Assembly (NCBI GenBank): GCA_963665275.2
Contig: CAXXIN010000007.1
Coordinates: 693,141 to 757,140 of the forward strand
Length of the DNA: 64,000 nt
Direction of reading: 5' to 3'
From: Negativicutes bacterium
Lineage (GTDB): Bacteria > Bacillota > Negativicutes > UBA1444
The notes under the pieces are model-generated. The model was not told the origin of the DNA. It ran no database searches and saw only the letters and a program-made list of their open reading frames with translations. Of the stretch, positions 42,141 to 54,239 are shown piece after piece. Positions within the stretch are counted from its first letter, which is position 1; the number at the start of each line of letters is the position of its first letter. The translations under genes were made by a program, and so were the position numbers.

Positions 42141-45100
42141 TTAATGCGTCTCTGTAGACGGAGTGGAGACCTTTGCCTTTTTGAGAATAATGTTGCGGTA
42201 CCTTGCCATGCCTGTTCCTGCAGGGATAAGCTTCCCGATAATTACATTTTCCTTGAGTCCGAGCAGCGGATCAACTTTCCCTTTAATCGCAGCATCTGTG
42301 AGAACCCTGGTCGTTTCCTGGAAAGAAGCTGCTGAAAGGAATGAATCAGTGGCCAGTGAAGCCTTGGTTATCCCCAGCAGTATCGGACGGGCCACAGCCG
42401 GTTCGCCTTCTTGTTCCAACGCCTTGAGATTCTCTGCCTCAAATGAATTGATATCAATATATTCACCAGGCAGAAACTCGGTGTCACCAGGTTCCTCAAC
42501 TTTCACTTTGTGGAGCATTTGGCGAACCATGACTTCAATATGCTTATCGTTGATTTCAACGCCCTGTTCCTTGTAGACCTTTTGAACTTCACTCACAATG
42601 TAGCGGTGAGTGTCCCTCAGGCCCCTAATTCTCAGGATATCATGCGGATTGAGAGGGCCATCCGTGAGCCGGTCTCCCGGTTCGAGAATTTGCCCGTCGC
42701 GCACCAAGGTTCGCGATCCATAAGGAATCGGGTAGATCCGTTCTTCGCCGGAGCCTGCTGTTACGACAGCACGACGAGCGCCCTTCGTTTCACGCAGCTC
42801 GACACGGCCGTCGATTTCAGTAAGAACCGCAGGGTGTTTGGGTTTGCGAGCTTCAAACAATTCCTCAACACGGGGAAGACCGGAAGTGATGTCACCGCCG
42901 GAAGCCTGGCCGCCTGTTGATGCCACACCACCCGTATGGAACGTACGCATCGTCAACTGTGTACCCGGTTCGCCGATCGACTGCGCCGCGATAATCCCTA
43001 CGGCTTCTCCGACATCAACAATTCGGCCGGTGGCCAGATTTCTAGCATAGCATTTCACACAAACGCCATATTTACATTTGCAGGTCAATACAGAGCGGAT
43101 CATCACTCGGGATCTGACCGCTGCAACTCGATCAACGAGCTCTTCGCTGATTTCTTCATTTCGTCGGACAATTATTTCGCCGGTTTTGGGATCTTCAATA
43201 TCCTCGGCAGCACTGCGACCAACAATACGATCTCGCAGCTTTTCAATCACATTGCTGCAAACGGTAAATGTACCTGCGTCTCCCCGCATGCGCCAGAGAG
43301 TGGTCAAGTTCTGTTTGTTGGTTTCATCCAACAAATCGCCAACCTGAATAAGGCTGTTTCCCGATTCGCCGAGTACAAGCTCCGCCGACTTCTTACCAAC
43401 CAAATCCAAATTCAGTATTTTGATCTCATCACGAGTCGTAGCAATTTCGGCAATTTTTTCCGGTGTCAGAATCTCTCCGGCTTTCACAATTACTTTGCGG
43501 GTTTTTGCACTCAGCAGTTCCTCACCAGAGACCTGATTTAACGCCCGATGCCGCAAATCAGCCGATTTAATGGAAATCACTTTAAGCAGCGGCTCTCTAA
43601 TAGCTTCCTCAACTATAGCTTCCGCATCAATCCCTTTGAGAGAATTCCTGCGGACCTGAACATCGCCTGAAATACCAGCATCAATCAGCAGCTCAATGTG
43701 TTCTTCCTGAAGCAGCGTACCGGCCGGCAGAATAATCGCATCAGAAACATCGACTACGTCTTCTTCAAGCTTGCGATTCAGCATTTCACGCAGCATGATG
43801 TCACGCAAATTATCGCGCATCTGCTGAATGGAAAGAGTTAACGAGAACAGTTCCGGGACATTGATCTCCAGAACCTTATCCTCCACAAGTCTGTCGATAC
43901 CTGCAGCATCCAGCACTGTTCCAGCCCTCAGAACAATTTCGCCGGTTGCGCTGCTCACAGCGTCGGCGGTCAATTCTTTCCCCGCCAACGAAGCCTTGGT
44001 TCGCGTGATGGTTGTTTCGTGAGTCACCCGCATCTGCTCGATTTCGCGAGCAACATTAAATTTTAGAACATCGCAGTCATCTTCGCGAACGATAAGATCC
44101 TGTGCGACATCAACCAGTCGCCGAGTCAGGTAACCGGAGTCCGCAGTTCGAAGCGCTGTATCAGCCAAGCCTTTTCGCGCACCATGCGTCGAAATGAAGT
44201 ATTCCAATACAGTAAGGCCTTCACGGAAATTCGCCTTGATCGGCAAATCGATAATTCGGCCTGAGGGATCCGACATGAGTCCACGCATACCTGCCAATTG
44301 ACGAATCTGCTGTATATTGCCACGCGCACCGGAAGTCGCCATCATGTATACCGGGTTCAAACGATCGAGTGACTTCATCAATGATTCTGTGACGTCATCT
44401 GTTGCTTTTTTCCAGAGATCAACGACCTTGATGTATCGTTCATCAGCTGTGAGCAATCCATTACGATAGTGGCTATTGATGGTTTCAACCTGCGCATCGG
44501 TAGTAGCAATGATCACCTTTTTTTGTTTGGGAATTTTGATATCAGATACGGCAATGGTTATACCCGCTCTCGTAGCATAGGTAAAGCCAAGTTTTTTAAT
44601 TTTGTCCAGAACGGTAGCTGTTTGGGCATTGCCGAAACGGCGATAACAGTCCGCAACCAGTTTTCCCAGCTCCTTCTTGTCCATTAACCGGCCCAGTTCT
44701 TTGCCATCAGCACTGTATTGTTTCAACTCTTCAGGCAGCGCTTCGTTAAATATAAATCTACCCATAGTGGTCGTAATCAAACCATGTCCAGGTATCCGGA
44801 TTCGAACTTTTTCCTGCAGCGTGATCGATGCAAAATGGTAAGCCTGTAAAGCTTCATCACCACCGGAGAAAGCCCGCGGCGGATTCCCCTCTTTTTGACG
44901 CAATTCGCTTGCGTCTGATTCCCGTTCAATCGTCAGGTAATATGACCCCAGAACCATGTCCTGTGTCGGTGAAGCAACAGGACGGCCATCCTTGGTGGAC
45001 AGAATGTTGTGTGCGCTAAGCATCAAAACACGGGCTTCCGCCTGCGCCTCCGCCGACAGGGGAACGTGGACGGCCATTTGGTCGCCATCAAAGTCGGCAT

Positions 45101-46439
45101 TGTACGCGGTACATACCAATGGATGAATTTTGATTGCACGGCCTTCTGACAACACCGGTTCGAAAGCCTGAATTCCAAGACGATGAAGCGTCGGTGCGCG
45201 ATTCAGAAGCACCGGATGCTCTCGAATAACTTCTTCCAAAACATCCCAAACTTCAGGTCGCATGCGCTCTACCATTCGTTTTGCGCTCTTGATATTATGG
45301 GCATGGCCCGCATTGACCAGCTTTTTCATCACGAACGGTTTGAAAAGTTCGAGGGCCATTTCTTTGGGCAGACCGCACTGATGAAGTTTCAGCTCCGGTC
45401 CGACCACGATAACAGAACGTCCCGAATAATCGACACGCTTGCCCAGCAAGTTTTGGCGGAAACGCCCCTGTTTCCCTTTGAGCATGTCACTCAATGATTT
45501 GAGTGGGCGGTTCCCCGGTCCGGTAACAGGACGTCCTCTACGACCGTTATCGATCAGGGCGTCAACGGCTTCTTGCAGCATCCGTTTCTCGTTACGCACT
45601 ATAATATCGGGAGCTTTCAGTTCCAGTAATCGTTTCAGACGGTTATTACGATTGATAACCCGACGATAAAGATCGTTGAGGTCAGAAGTGGCAAAGCGAC
45701 CGCCATCCAGTTGGACCATGGGGCGTAATTCCGGTGGAATAACCGGCACGACGTCCATAATCATCCACGAGGGCTTATTGCCAGATTTTCGGAAAGCCTC
45801 AACAACTTCTAACCGGCGAATTGCTCTAATACGGCGCTGTCCGCTGACTTCCTTGAGTTCCTGGCGCAAGTCCTTGCTCATTTTTTCGAGATCAAGTTCG
45901 TCCAGAAGCCTTTTGATCGCTTCGGCGCCCATTCCTACTTCAAAATGCGAGCCATATTTTTCATAGTATTCACGATATTCTTTTTCGGTGAGAAGTTGAC
46001 GCCGCATAAGAGGTGTGTCTTTAGGATCCAAAACGATGTACGAAGCAAAGTACAGAACTTTTTCCAACGCCCGGGGTGATATATCCAGAATCAAGCCCAT
46101 GCGGCTGGGTATCCCTTTGAAATACCATATGTGCGAGACTGGTGCTGCTAGTTCAATATGACCCATCCGGTCGCGACGAACTTTAGACTTGGTGACTTCT
46201 ACACCGCACCGATCGCACACTACACCCTTGTGGCGAATCCGTTTGTATTTTCCGCAGTGACACTCCCAATCCCGTGTTGGCCCAAAGATTTTTTCACAAA
46301 ACAATCCGTCACGTTCCGGTTTCAGAGTCCGATAATTGATTGTCTCCGGTTTTTTGACTTCACCATGGGACCAACCCGTGATCTGTTCGGGAGAAGCCAA
46401 GCCAATCCGCATTGAGTCAAAATTATTCACATCTTGCAA
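42141..46439 (-). CDS. rpoC: RNA polymerase beta' subunit (with large insertion)
   Basis: NADFDGD active site, zinc-binding motifs, [13 protein letters not shown]. Confidence 0.99.
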   Translation of the reverse strand: MQDVNNFDSMRIGLASPEQITGWSHGEVKKPETINYRTLKPERDGLFCEKIFGPTRDWECHCGKYKRIRHKGVVCDRCGVEVTKSKVRRDRMGHIELAAPVSHIWYFKGIPSRMGLILDISPRALEKVLYFASYIVLDPKDTPLMRRQLLTEKEYREYYEKYGSHFEVGMGAEAIKRLLDELDLEKMSKDLRQELKEVSGQRRIRAIRRLEVVEAFRKSGNKPSWMIMDVVPVIPPELRPMVQLDGGRFATSDLNDLYRRVINRNNRLKRLLELKAPDIIVRNEKRMLQEAVDALIDNGRRGRPVTGPGNRPLKSLSDMLKGKQGRFRQNLLGKRVDYSGRSVIVVGPELKLHQCGLPKEMALELFKPFVMKKLVNAGHAHNIKSAKRMVERMRPEVWDVLEEVIREHPVLLNRAPTLHRLGIQAFEPVLSEGRAIKIHPLVCTAYNADFDGDQMAVHVPLSAEAQAEARVLMLSAHNILSTKDGRPVASPTQDMVLGSYYLTIERESDASELRQKEGNPPRAFSGGDEALQAYHFASITLQEKVRIRIPGHGLITTTMGRFIFNEALPEELKQYSADGKELGRLMDKKELGKLVADCYRRFGNAQTATVLDKIKKLGFTYATRAGITIAVSDIKIPKQKKVIIATTDAQVETINSHYRNGLLTADERYIKVVDLWKKATDDVTESLMKSLDRLNPVYMMATSGARGNIQQIRQLAGMRGLMSDPSGRIIDLPIKANFREGLTVLEYFISTHGARKGLADTALRTADSGYLTRRLVDVAQDLIVREDDCDVLKFNVAREIEQMRVTHETTITRTKASLAGKELTADAVSSATGEIVLRAGTVLDAAGIDRLVEDKVLEINVPELFSLTLSIQQMRDNLRDIMLREMLNRKLEEDVVDVSDAIILPAGTLLQEEHIELLIDAGISGDVQVRRNSLKGIDAEAIVEEAIREPLLKVISIKSADLRHRALNQVSGEELLSAKTRKVIVKAGEILTPEKIAEIATTRDEIKILNLDLVGKKSAELVLGESGNSLIQVGDLLDETNKQNLTTLWRMRGDAGTFTVCSNVIEKLRDRIVGRSAAEDIEDPKTGEIIVRRNEEISEELVDRVAAVRSRVMIRSVLTCKCKYGVCVKCYARNLATGRIVDVGEAVGIIAAQSIGEPGTQLTMRTFHTGGVASTGGQASGGDITSGLPRVEELFEARKPKHPAVLTEIDGRVELRETKGARRAVVTAGSGEERIYPIPYGSRTLVRDGQILEPGDRLTDGPLNPHDILRIRGLRDTHRYIVSEVQKVYKEQGVEINDKHIEVMVRQMLHKVKVEEPGDTEFLPGEYIDINSFEAENLKALEQEGEPAVARPILLGITKASLATDSFLSAASFQETTRVLTDAAIKGKVDPLLGLKENVIIGKLIPAGTGMARYRNIILKKAKVSTPSTETH

Positions 46440-46461
46440 GATTCTATCGCTCCCCTCTTAG

Positions 46462-49400
46462 CTACTCGATATTGTCGTCATCTGCAACAGGTTCATCTAT
46501 ATCCAGATCTTCGGCTTCATCAAGCAGTTCTCGTACATTGGGTTTTTTCTCTTTGGTCTTGACTTTTTTTACGCTCTTGCGCGAACGCGCTTCTGCCTCT
46601 TCCTCAACTTTAGGCACAGCCAATATGTCGATTTCAGACATTCCAAGCAAGATTTCTTCGTCCGAAGGCTCTTCGTCTTCGAGGAAGTCGGCAACCGCAT
46701 CGACGGAAGTTGAAGTCGCCTGTTCTGCGAACCTCGAAGGTTTCCGTTCTCTTGGCAGGGGTTGATACCGCGATTCGCCTCCGATCGGCAAATCCAGTTC
46801 CTTGGCTGTTTCATGCACATCGTCGTCGGAGTCCCTGATCTGAATCGGCTTGCCATCCTCGGACCGAACTTCGACATCCAAACCAATGCTCTGCAGCTCT
46901 TTCATAAGCACCTTGAACGATTCGGGAATGCCAGGTTCCGGGATGTTTTCGCCCTTGACGATAGCTTCATAAGTTTTGACACGTCCGACAATATCGTCAG
47001 ACTTGACCGTCAACAATTCTTGCAGCGTATAAGCTGCGCCATATGCCTCCAGCGCCCAAACTTCCATTTCGCCAAAACGCTGTCCGCCGAATTGGGCCTT
47101 GCCGCCCAACGGTTGTTGGGTGACCAGGGAGTACGGGCCCGTGGAACGAGCATGAATCTTGTCATCAACCAGATGGTGTAGCTTAAGCATATAAACGAAT
47201 CCGACGGTCACAGGATTGTCAAACTCTCTGCCAGTGCGCCCGTCTCGGAGCGTCGTTTTCCCATCCTCCGGCAGCTTCGCAAGTTTAAGTGTCCGAATAA
47301 CCTCTTCTTCCGTCGCACCGTCAAATACAGGAGTTGCAATATGGATTCCGCAGTCACCGTAAGCATTGGGCAGAATATGGGACCCCCGTTGCATCTCTCG
47401 GGCTTCTTCGATGCCGTCAGGACTCGGCATTCCCCATTTATCCAAATCGTATCCCGTATCCCGAAGTCTCGCGGCGACATTGGGATCTTTGTGTGTAATC
47501 TGAAGACCAAGTGCAGAAATTGCCCAACCTAAATGTGTTTCTAGTACTTGACCAATATTCATTCGAGACGGAACCCCCAGTGGGTTCAACACGATCTGCA
47601 CCGGCGTGCCGTCAGGCATGAACGGCATATCTTCCTCAGCCATGATTCGCGATACAACGCCCTTATTTCCGTGCCGTCCAGCCATTTTGTCGCCTTCAGA
47701 AATTTTCCGTTTCTGGGCAATATAGACTCGAACGAGTTGATTAACTCCCGGCATCAGTTCATCGCCGTTTTCGCGGGTAAAGACTTTTACATCCACCACT
47801 TTGCCGGACTCACCGTGAGGAACTCTCAGCGAAGTGTCTCGCACTTCGCGTGCCTTTTCACCAAAGATCGCCCGCAGTAACCGTTCTTCAGCGGTAAGCT
47901 CTGTTTCACCTTTAGGCGTCACTTTGCCAACCAGGATATCCCCAGGGCGGACTTCCGCTCCTACTCGAATAATGCCGCGATCGTCCAAGTCACCCAATGC
48001 TTCTTCAGCCACATTGGGGATATCGCGCGTAATTTCTTCGGGTCCGAGTTTGGTATCCCTGGAATCACATTCATATTCTTCAACATGAATGGAAGTAAAC
48101 ACATCTTCTTTTACGATTTTCTCGCTAAGCAAAATCGCATCTTCGTAATTATAGCCTTCCCAAGGCATGAACGCTACCAAAACATTGCGTCCGAGCGCCA
48201 ATTCTCCGCGGTCAGTAGACGGTCCATCTGCGAGGACTTGACCCTTTTCGACAATTTCGCCCTTATATACCAAAGGACGTTGGTTAATGCAGGTCCCCTG
48301 ATTGGAACGCATATATTTCAGCAGTTTGTATTTATCGACGCCGCTATTTGCACCTTCTCGCCGGACAATGATCTCCGTTGCAGTTGCACGTTCAACAACA
48401 CCGCCGTTTTTCGCCAGCACGACGACGCCGGAGTCTCTCGCCGCCTTGGACTCCATCCCGGTCCCGACCAGCGGAGCCGCCGGGCGCAACAAGGGAACTG
48501 CTTGTCGCTGCATATTAGCGCCCATCAGCGCACGGTTAGCATCATCATTTTCCAAGAAGGGAATCATGGCCGTAGCGATCGAAACGACTTGCTTGGGCGA
48601 AACGTCCATGTAATCGACTTCAGGAGCTGGTACTTCCAATATATGATCCCGATATCGAACACTGACCTGTTCCTCTTCAAACCATCCATCCTTGTTCAGT
48701 TTTTCATTAGCCTGAGCAATAACGACTTCGTCTTCTTCGTCCGCTGTCTGATAATGCACATCTTCCGTTACTCGCAGGTTTTTCTTGTCCACTTTTCGAT
48801 AGGGTGTTTCAATAAAACCAAACTGGTTGACACGTGCAAACGTCGACAACGAACCGATGAGACCGATATTAGGACCTTCAGGCGTCTCAATTGGGCACAT
48901 GCGGCCATAGTGCGAATGGTGAACGTCGCGGACTTCAAATCCAGCCCGCTCGCGGCTCAAACCACCTGGCCCCAATGCGCTCAAACGGCGCTTGTGCGTC
49001 AACTCCGCCAACGGATTGGTCTGATCCATAAACTGCGACAACTGGCTCGAACCAAAGAACTCTTTAATCGCAGCAACGACCGGCCTAATATTGATCAGCG
49101 CCTGCGGCGTTATTACATCTACATCCTGAATGGTCATACGTTCGCGCACTACGCGCTCCATACGTGCAAGCCCGATGCGGAATTGATTCTGCAGCAGTTC
49201 ACCTACCGAACGCAGCCGTCTGTTACCAAGGTGGTCAATGTCGTCCTTGTTTCCAAAGCCTTCAGCCAAGTTGAGCAGATAGCTGATGGAAGCGATAATG
49301 TCAGCTTTCGCGACATTGCGGCGGCTGTAGTCCGAAGGGGTCGGTGTGCAAAGCATTTTTTCCGGGTTCTGATCTTCATGCACGCGAGCATATACCTCAA

Positions 49401-50418
49401 CCAGTCCTTCGCCCACTACCGCTTCGCTGAAAACACCGCTCTTCTCAATGATGTCCAGCATCTCTTCATCAACCCTGACTAGGTTGTCGTGAGCATCACG
49501 CGCGGCAACAATGATTTCGCCTGTGCTCTTGTCAACAATATTCTGATCCAGGAAAACACCCTGCAAGCGGCGGCGCCAACCAATTTTCTTGGTCAGCTTA
49601 TACCGGCCAACAGTGGCCAGGTCATATCTTTTGGGATCGAAAAACAACGATTCCACTAATTGGGCAGCATTTTCGATCGTAGCCGGTTCACCTGGGCGCA
49701 ATCGCTTGTAAATTTCAAGTAAAGCCGTGTCGCGGTCTGTGGAGTCATCCTTGCCGCCTTCTAACGTTGCTCGGATACGAGAATTTTCATCGAACAGCGA
49801 TAATATGGCGTCATTGGATTCCCATCCCAGCGCACGGATTAAAACCGTCACCGGTAGTTTCCTCGTACGGTCAACACGCACGGATACCACGTCGTTGGAA
49901 TCCGTCTCGAGTTCCAGCCAGGCGCCTCGATTAGGAATGATAGTAGCGAAAAACAGTTCTTTGCCGTTCGCATCCATCGCGACGTCATAATAGACGCCAG
50001 GGGAGCGAACCAGTTGGCTTACGATAACACGTTCAGCCCCATTGATGATAAAAGTACCATTGTCCGTCATGAGCGGGAAATCTCCCATGAAGACATTTTG
50101 TTCTTTGATTTCGCCTGTTTCGCGATTGACTAGGCGCACCTTCACATTCAAAGGAGCAGCGTAGGTCACGTCCCGTTCTTTGCATTCTTCTACATCGTAC
50201 TTCGACTCACCCAAACGAAAATCGTCGAAAGACAGCACCAAGTTGCCAGTGAAATCCTGTATCGGCGAAATATCCCGAAAAATTTCGGTCAGTCCCGTCT
50301 GAAGAAACCACTGGTATGACTTTTTCTGGATCTCGATCAAATTGGGCATATCCAGAACTTCGTCGATCTTAGCATAACTATAGCGCTTACGTTTACCAAC
50401 CTCTACGGGATTGAACAT
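46462..50418 (-). CDS. rpoB: RNA polymerase beta subunit
   Basis: [29 protein letters not shown]. Confidence 0.99.
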   Translation of the reverse strand: MFNPVEVGKRKRYSYAKIDEVLDMPNLIEIQKKSYQWFLQTGLTEIFRDISPIQDFTGNLVLSFDDFRLGESKYDVEECKERDVTYAAPLNVKVRLVNRETGEIKEQNVFMGDFPLMTDNGTFIINGAERVIVSQLVRSPGVYYDVAMDANGKELFFATIIPNRGAWLELETDSNDVVSVRVDRTRKLPVTVLIRALGWESNDAILSLFDENSRIRATLEGGKDDSTDRDTALLEIYKRLRPGEPATIENAAQLVESLFFDPKRYDLATVGRYKLTKKIGWRRRLQGVFLDQNIVDKSTGEIIVAARDAHDNLVRVDEEMLDIIEKSGVFSEAVVGEGLVEVYARVHEDQNPEKMLCTPTPSDYSRRNVAKADIIASISYLLNLAEGFGNKDDIDHLGNRRLRSVGELLQNQFRIGLARMERVVRERMTIQDVDVITPQALINIRPVVAAIKEFFGSSQLSQFMDQTNPLAELTHKRRLSALGPGGLSRERAGFEVRDVHHSHYGRMCPIETPEGPNIGLIGSLSTFARVNQFGFIETPYRKVDKKNLRVTEDVHYQTADEEDEVVIAQANEKLNKDGWFEEEQVSVRYRDHILEVPAPEVDYMDVSPKQVVSIATAMIPFLENDDANRALMGANMQRQAVPLLRPAAPLVGTGMESKAARDSGVVVLAKNGGVVERATATEIIVRREGANSGVDKYKLLKYMRSNQGTCINQRPLVYKGEIVEKGQVLADGPSTDRGELALGRNVLVAFMPWEGYNYEDAILLSEKIVKEDVFTSIHVEEYECDSRDTKLGPEEITRDIPNVAEEALGDLDDRGIIRVGAEVRPGDILVGKVTPKGETELTAEERLLRAIFGEKAREVRDTSLRVPHGESGKVVDVKVFTRENGDELMPGVNQLVRVYIAQKRKISEGDKMAGRHGNKGVVSRIMAEEDMPFMPDGTPVQIVLNPLGVPSRMNIGQVLETHLGWAISALGLQITHKDPNVAARLRDTGYDLDKWGMPSPDGIEEAREMQRGSHILPNAYGDCGIHIATPVFDGATEEEVIRTLKLAKLPEDGKTTLRDGRTGREFDNPVTVGFVYMLKLHHLVDDKIHARSTGPYSLVTQQPLGGKAQFGGQRFGEMEVWALEAYGAAYTLQELLTVKSDDIVGRVKTYEAIVKGENIPEPGIPESFKVLMKELQSIGLDVEVRSEDGKPIQIRDSDDDVHETAKELDLPIGGESRYQPLPRERKPSRFAEQATSTSVDAVADFLEDEEPSDEEILLGMSEIDILAVPKVEEEAEARSRKSVKKVKTKEKKPNVRELLDEAEDLDIDEPVADDDNIE

Positions 50419-50458
50419 TCAGACCCCCACCTCCACTGTTGAAACAAAATAGTATAGT

Positions 50459-50505
50459 AAAGCAAAAACAAGCAAGGCTCTCCAGTTTAAGGAAGACCTT
50501 GCTTT
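50459..50505 (-). promoter_or_regulatory. terminator-like hairpin in the rpoB leader
   Basis: AAGCAAGGTCTTCC..GGAGAGCCTTGCTT followed by GTTTTTGCTTT, between promoter and RBS. Confidence 0.5.
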
Positions 50506-50558
50506 TGCATAACGAAAAGTGCTTTCATCCCCTCAAAAGATAATTACCGCATTTTAGG

Positions 50559-50587
50559 ATGATATCACACATATGTCAATTTGTCAA
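50559..50587 (-). promoter_or_regulatory. sigma-A promoter of rpoBC
   Basis: TTGACA-N17-TATCAT with TGn extension. Confidence 0.65.
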
Positions 50588-50607
50588 CACAGCAGTGGAT
50601 TATGAAA

Positions 50608-50636
50608 CAGGTGGACACATTTCTGTGTCCACCTGC
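50608..50636 (-). terminator. terminator after rplL
   Basis: caggtggacaca / tgtgtccacctg. Confidence 0.7.
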
Positions 50637-50643
50637 GCCAGAA

Positions 50644-51015
50644 CTATTTCACTTCTACGGAAGCGCCGGCTTCAACCAATTTTGCTTTAACAGCATCGGC
50701 ATCCGCTTTGGAAATTTTTTCTTTAACAGGTTTCGGTGCGCCATCAACCAAGTCTTTGGCTTCTTTGAGACCCAGACCGGTCAATTCGCGAACAACTTTG
50801 ATCACGTTGATTTTGGCTGCGCCAGCAGCAGTCAGGATAACATCAAATTCAGTTTGTTCTTCAGCAACAGGTGCAGCAGCGGCAGCGACCGGAGCCGCTG
50901 CTGCCATCGGGGCAGAAGCCGAAACGCCGAATTTTTCTTCCAGAGCCTTAACCAGTTCGGAAAGTTCGAGGACTGTCATTTGCTCAATAGCTTCCATGAT
51001 TTGTTCTTTATTCAT
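50644..51015 (-). CDS. rplL: 50S ribosomal protein L7/L12
   Basis: [25 protein letters not shown]. Confidence 0.98.
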   Translation of the reverse strand: MNKEQIMEAIEQMTVLELSELVKALEEKFGVSASAPMAAAAPVAAAAAPVAEEQTEFDVILTAAGAAKINVIKVVRELTGLGLKEAKDLVDGAPKPVKEKISKADADAVKAKLVEAGASVEVK

Positions 51016-51048
51016 GTTAAATGCCTCCATTTATTTTATATTTTTGTG

Positions 51049-51573
51049 TTATGCCGATTCTTTTTGCTGTCGCACTGCGTCCAGCGCGTAAACCAAATTG
51101 CGGATATTCCCCTGCAATACATTGACAAAACCCGTGATCGGGGACTGCATGCTGCCGAGCAATCTTGCAAGCAAGACTTCCCTAGACGGCAAGCTGGCCA
51201 GTGATTTTACGCCATCGGCGTCAATAACTTTGCCTTCCACGAGACCGCCTTTGATTTCCATGATTCGGTTTTCTTTAATGAATTCGGAAATCAATTTAGC
51301 GGGCGCCACCGGGTCTTTAGCCGAAGATACCATTGACAAAGGCCCTTTGAGAAAATTGTCCAGCCCTTCAATCCCGGCCTCTTTCGCTGCGATGCTGGCC
51401 ATATTGTTTTTGATTACCGTGTATTCAACACCGGCCTCGCGCATTTTTCGGCGCAGTTTCGTGTCCTGGGCCACTTTGATACCGCGAAAATCTGCCAAAA
51501 CGACACCTTTTGCGCTTTCCAGCGTTGCCTTGAGTTCAGCGATCATTGCCACTTTTTCCTGACGAATTACCAT
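51049..51573 (-). CDS. rplJ: 50S ribosomal protein L10
   Basis: DFRG, VIKN, LASLPSRE. Confidence 0.97.
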   Translation of the reverse strand: MVIRQEKVAMIAELKATLESAKGVVLADFRGIKVAQDTKLRRKMREAGVEYTVIKNNMASIAAKEAGIEGLDNFLKGPLSMVSSAKDPVAPAKLISEFIKENRIMEIKGGLVEGKVIDADGVKSLASLPSREVLLARLLGSMQSPITGFVNVLQGNIRNLVYALDAVRQQKESA

Positions 51574-51600
51574 TTATTGTCCACCTCCTTCCAAATTGAT

Positions 51601-51740
51601 CAAAAAGAAAACGGCCTCACGACGCCGAACGCCGGAGACCGCACATGACAATTATCACGTACTGACTTCTCCCGACCTCGGCTGGCGCATCGCTCAACGA
51701 TGCTTATGCCCCGAAAGGCACCTGCTGTCTGCAGTCTGGA
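51601..51740 (-). promoter_or_regulatory. L10 leader (ribosomal protein autoregulatory attenuator)
   Basis: AGACAGCAGG...TAA...CCAGCCGAGG core, then a hairpin and U-tract, upstream of rplJ. Confidence 0.75.
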
Positions 51741-51778
51741 TATCAAGCTGAAGCTACCTTGCAACAGCCAAAACGCAT

Positions 51779-52486
51779 TTACGCCTCTTTCGGGCCTGCT
51801 AACTTGAGCACATTTACCACTACACCCGGGCTCATTGTAGAACTCAGAGTGATGTGGCGAACATATTGCCCTTTTGCAACTGAAGGTTTTGCCTTGACGA
51901 GTGTCTCGATCAGTGTGAAATAGTTTTGCAACAATTTTTCAGTATCGAAGGAAACTCGGCCAAGTGGCGCATGAATGTTTCCGGCCTTGTCGGTACGATA
52001 TTCAATCTTACCGGCTTTTATTTCATTCAACGCACGGGTAACATCCAAAGTTACTGTGCCTACTTTGGGATTCGGCATCAACCCTTTAGGTCCAAGAATT
52101 TTACCGAGACGACCAACGGTCCCCATCATGTCAGGCGTGGCCACTGCAACATCAAAATCGGTCCAACCACCCTGGATTTTTTCGACCATATCTTCAGCGC
52201 CAACGAAGTCAGCTCCGGCCGCTTCCGCTTCCTTAGCTTTTTCACCTTTGGCAAACACAAGAACACGCTTGGTTTTACCTGTCCCATGAGGCAGAACTAC
52301 TGCTCCACGGACTTGCTGATCGGCATGCTTCGGATCAACGCCAAGTTTAACCGCTACTTCCAACGTTGCATCAAATTTCGCCGCAGGCATCTTTTTGATG
52401 AGGACAATAGCTTCTTCTGGGTCATATACCTTATCAGCTTCAATCAGTTTAACAGATTCTTGATATTTCTTGCCGTTCTTTGGCAT
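51779..52486 (-). CDS. rplA: 50S ribosomal protein L1
   Basis: [18 protein letters not shown]. Confidence 0.98.
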   Translation of the reverse strand: MPKNGKKYQESVKLIEADKVYDPEEAIVLIKKMPAAKFDATLEVAVKLGVDPKHADQQVRGAVVLPHGTGKTKRVLVFAKGEKAKEAEAAGADFVGAEDMVEKIQGGWTDFDVAVATPDMMGTVGRLGKILGPKGLMPNPKVGTVTLDVTRALNEIKAGKIEYRTDKAGNIHAPLGRVSFDTEKLLQNYFTLIETLVKAKPSVAKGQYVRHITLSSTMSPGVVVNVLKLAGPKEA

Positions 52487-52506
52487 AAACTTATCCTCCT
52501 GATTAT

Positions 52507-52532
52507 GTGGTTATAACGGGAAACCCTCCCAC
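52507..52532 (-). promoter_or_regulatory. L1-binding RNA site upstream of rplA
   Basis: GTGGGAG-hairpin-ACCAC motif. Confidence 0.6.
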
Positions 52533-52545
52533 AGACGGCGCTGGA

Positions 52546-52971
52546 TTAATCGACGATGTCGATTCCCATGCTACGCGCAGTACCTTCGACCATGCGCATT
52601 GCTGCTTCTACGCTTGCTGCATTCAAGTCGGGCATTTTGGACTCAGCAATCTCGCGAACTTTATCACGGGATACTTTTGCCACTTTTTTCTTGTTGGGTT
52701 CGCCGGAAGCAGTTTCAATACCAGCGGCTTTCTTAAGCAAAATCGCTGCAGGCGGAGTCTTCGTGATAAAAGTGAAAGAACGATCTTCAAAAACAGTTAT
52801 TTCGACCGGAATAATCAAGCCGACCTGTTTCGCAGTTCTTTCGTTAAAATCCTTGACGAACGCCATGATATTGACACCAGCCTGTCCCAGAGCCGGACCT
52901 ACCGGAGGCGCCGGTGTAGCCTTGCCTGCGGGAACCTGCAGTTTAACAACTTTAATTATTTTTCTTGCCAT
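52546..52971 (-). CDS. rplK: 50S ribosomal protein L11
   Basis: [20 protein letters not shown]. Confidence 0.98.
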   Translation of the reverse strand: MARKIIKVVKLQVPAGKATPAPPVGPALGQAGVNIMAFVKDFNERTAKQVGLIIPVEITVFEDRSFTFITKTPPAAILLKKAAGIETASGEPNKKKVAKVSRDKVREIAESKMPDLNAASVEAAMRMVEGTARSMGIDIVD

Positions 52972-52998
52972 GTGTTCACACCTCCTTACGTGCAAAAT

Positions 52999-53028
52999 GT
53001 GGTATTGCGGGCCATACAGCCCTCCCAC
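52999..53028 (-). promoter_or_regulatory. L1-binding RNA site upstream of rplK
   Basis: GTGGGAG-hairpin-ACCAC motif. Confidence 0.6.
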
Positions 53029-53059
53029 CGACTCCTGTGTATTGGAGTCTCAGTAGTCT

Positions 53060-53590
53060 CTATAATTTCTCCACTTGGGAAAAATCCAGTTCAACGGGAG
53101 TTTCCCGGCCAAACATATTGACCAGTGCCCTAATTTTGCCCCTGTCCATATATACATCCGTCACTGTGGCGGTCCAGTTTTCAAATGCGCCAGCCACAAT
53201 ACGGATTACTTCCTGCGGCTTGACATCTATCTTTTGCCGTGGTTCTTCCACGCCCATTGCCCGCAGAATCGGTTTGAGTTCTGCTTGGCTGAGGGGAATC
53301 GCCTTGCTGCCTGATCCAACAAACCCGGTAACACCAGGTGTATTGCGAACGACATACCAAGTCCTGTCGTTGACGATCATCTCCACCAAAACGTAGCCAG
53401 GGAAAATCTTTTTCTTGGTGACTTTCCTTTTACCGTCTTTAATTTCAACTTCGTCTTCCATCGGCACCAAAACCTGAAAAATCTCGGTCTGCATGCCCAT
53501 AGACTGAATCTTACGCTCCAGATTCGCCTTGACCTTATTCTCGTATCCCGAGTAGGTATGAATTACATACCACTGACGTTCTTCTTCCAT
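53060..53590 (-). CDS. nusG: transcription termination/antitermination factor NusG
   Basis: WYVIHTYSGYENKV, FPGYV, FGRETPVEL. Confidence 0.98.
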   Translation of the reverse strand: MEEERQWYVIHTYSGYENKVKANLERKIQSMGMQTEIFQVLVPMEDEVEIKDGKRKVTKKKIFPGYVLVEMIVNDRTWYVVRNTPGVTGFVGSGSKAIPLSQAELKPILRAMGVEEPRQKIDVKPQEVIRIVAGAFENWTATVTDVYMDRGKIRALVNMFGRETPVELDFSQVEKL

Positions 53591-53602
53591 CAGACGCCGC
53601 CT

Positions 53603-53827
53603 CTACCTGGCAATGATAGCTTTGAGGATTTGCCCAAAAAAGCCGTCAATAATCCAAATCACAGTTGCAGCGAAAAAAACCGACACCAACACCACTATTG
53701 TATTGGCCGTCAGTTCTTTCTTGCTAGGCCACGAAACTTTTTTCAGCTCAGATTTTACTTCCCGCAGAAAACGAGTCAACTTTACAAGCCGACCCCGACT
53801 CTGCACTGCCATTTCCTGAACCGCCAT
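53603..53827 (-). CDS. secE: preprotein translocase SecE
   Basis: ELKKVSWP followed by a single TM helix. Confidence 0.95.
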   Translation of the reverse strand: MAVQEMAVQSRGRLVKLTRFLREVKSELKKVSWPSKKELTANTIVVLVSVFFAATVIWIIDGFFGQILKAIIAR

Positions 53828-53875
53828 ATCGTCACATCCTAATTATTCAATTGCTACCAGCATGCATGAAAATAG

Positions 53876-53951
53876 TGGCAGGGGCGGCAGGACTTGAACC
53901 CGCAACCAACGGTTTTGGAGACCGCTACTCTACCAATTGAGCTACACCCCT
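53876..53951 (-). tRNA. tRNA-Trp (CCA)
   Basis: AGGGGTGTAGCTCAATTGGTAGAG..CTCCAAA..GTTCAAGTCC..GCCA cloverleaf. Confidence 0.96.
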
Positions 53952-53984
53952 GTTTGGACCTTGCGGCCGTGATCAACAAAAAAC

Positions 53985-54134
53985 TTATTTAGTTTCTTTA
54001 TGGGACGTATGTTTTTTGCAAAACTTGCAGTATTTGTTGAACTCCAAGCGATCCGGGTCATTTTTCTTGTTTTTATTTGTCTGATAGTTGCGTTGCTTGC
54101 ACTCGGTACAAGCCAACGTGACTGCGTTACGCAT
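53985..54134 (-). CDS. rpmG: 50S ribosomal protein L33
   Basis: Manual translation [17 protein letters not shown]...[15 protein letters not shown]. Confidence 0.97.
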   Translation of the reverse strand: MRNAVTLACTECKQRNYQTNKNKKNDPDRLEFNKYCKFCKKHTSHKETK

Positions 54135-54187
54135 GCTGCACACCTCTTTAACTGAATTTATATATTAGTTCAAAATGCCGCTTTTAT

Positions 54188-54216
54188 AATCTATCATAAT
54201 TGAAATGCCCTGTCAA
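54188..54216 (-). promoter_or_regulatory. sigma-A promoter of rpmG-secE-nusG
   Basis: TTGACA-N17-TAGATT with TGn extension. Confidence 0.55.
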
Positions 54217-54239
54217 TACACACGTGTTCATACAAGGCT

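Noticed and set aside
43251-44072. Intein in RpoC
   Set aside because: No C/S start, no HN-C/S/T end and no LAGLIDADG motif; the insert resembles the adjacent RNAP module
48085-49482. 465-aa plus-strand ORF, and similar long antisense ORFs at 39223-40164, 54287-55249, 8868-9656 and 13298-14047
   Set aside because: Shadow ORFs opposite conserved genes, produced by codon bias; no recognisable motifs
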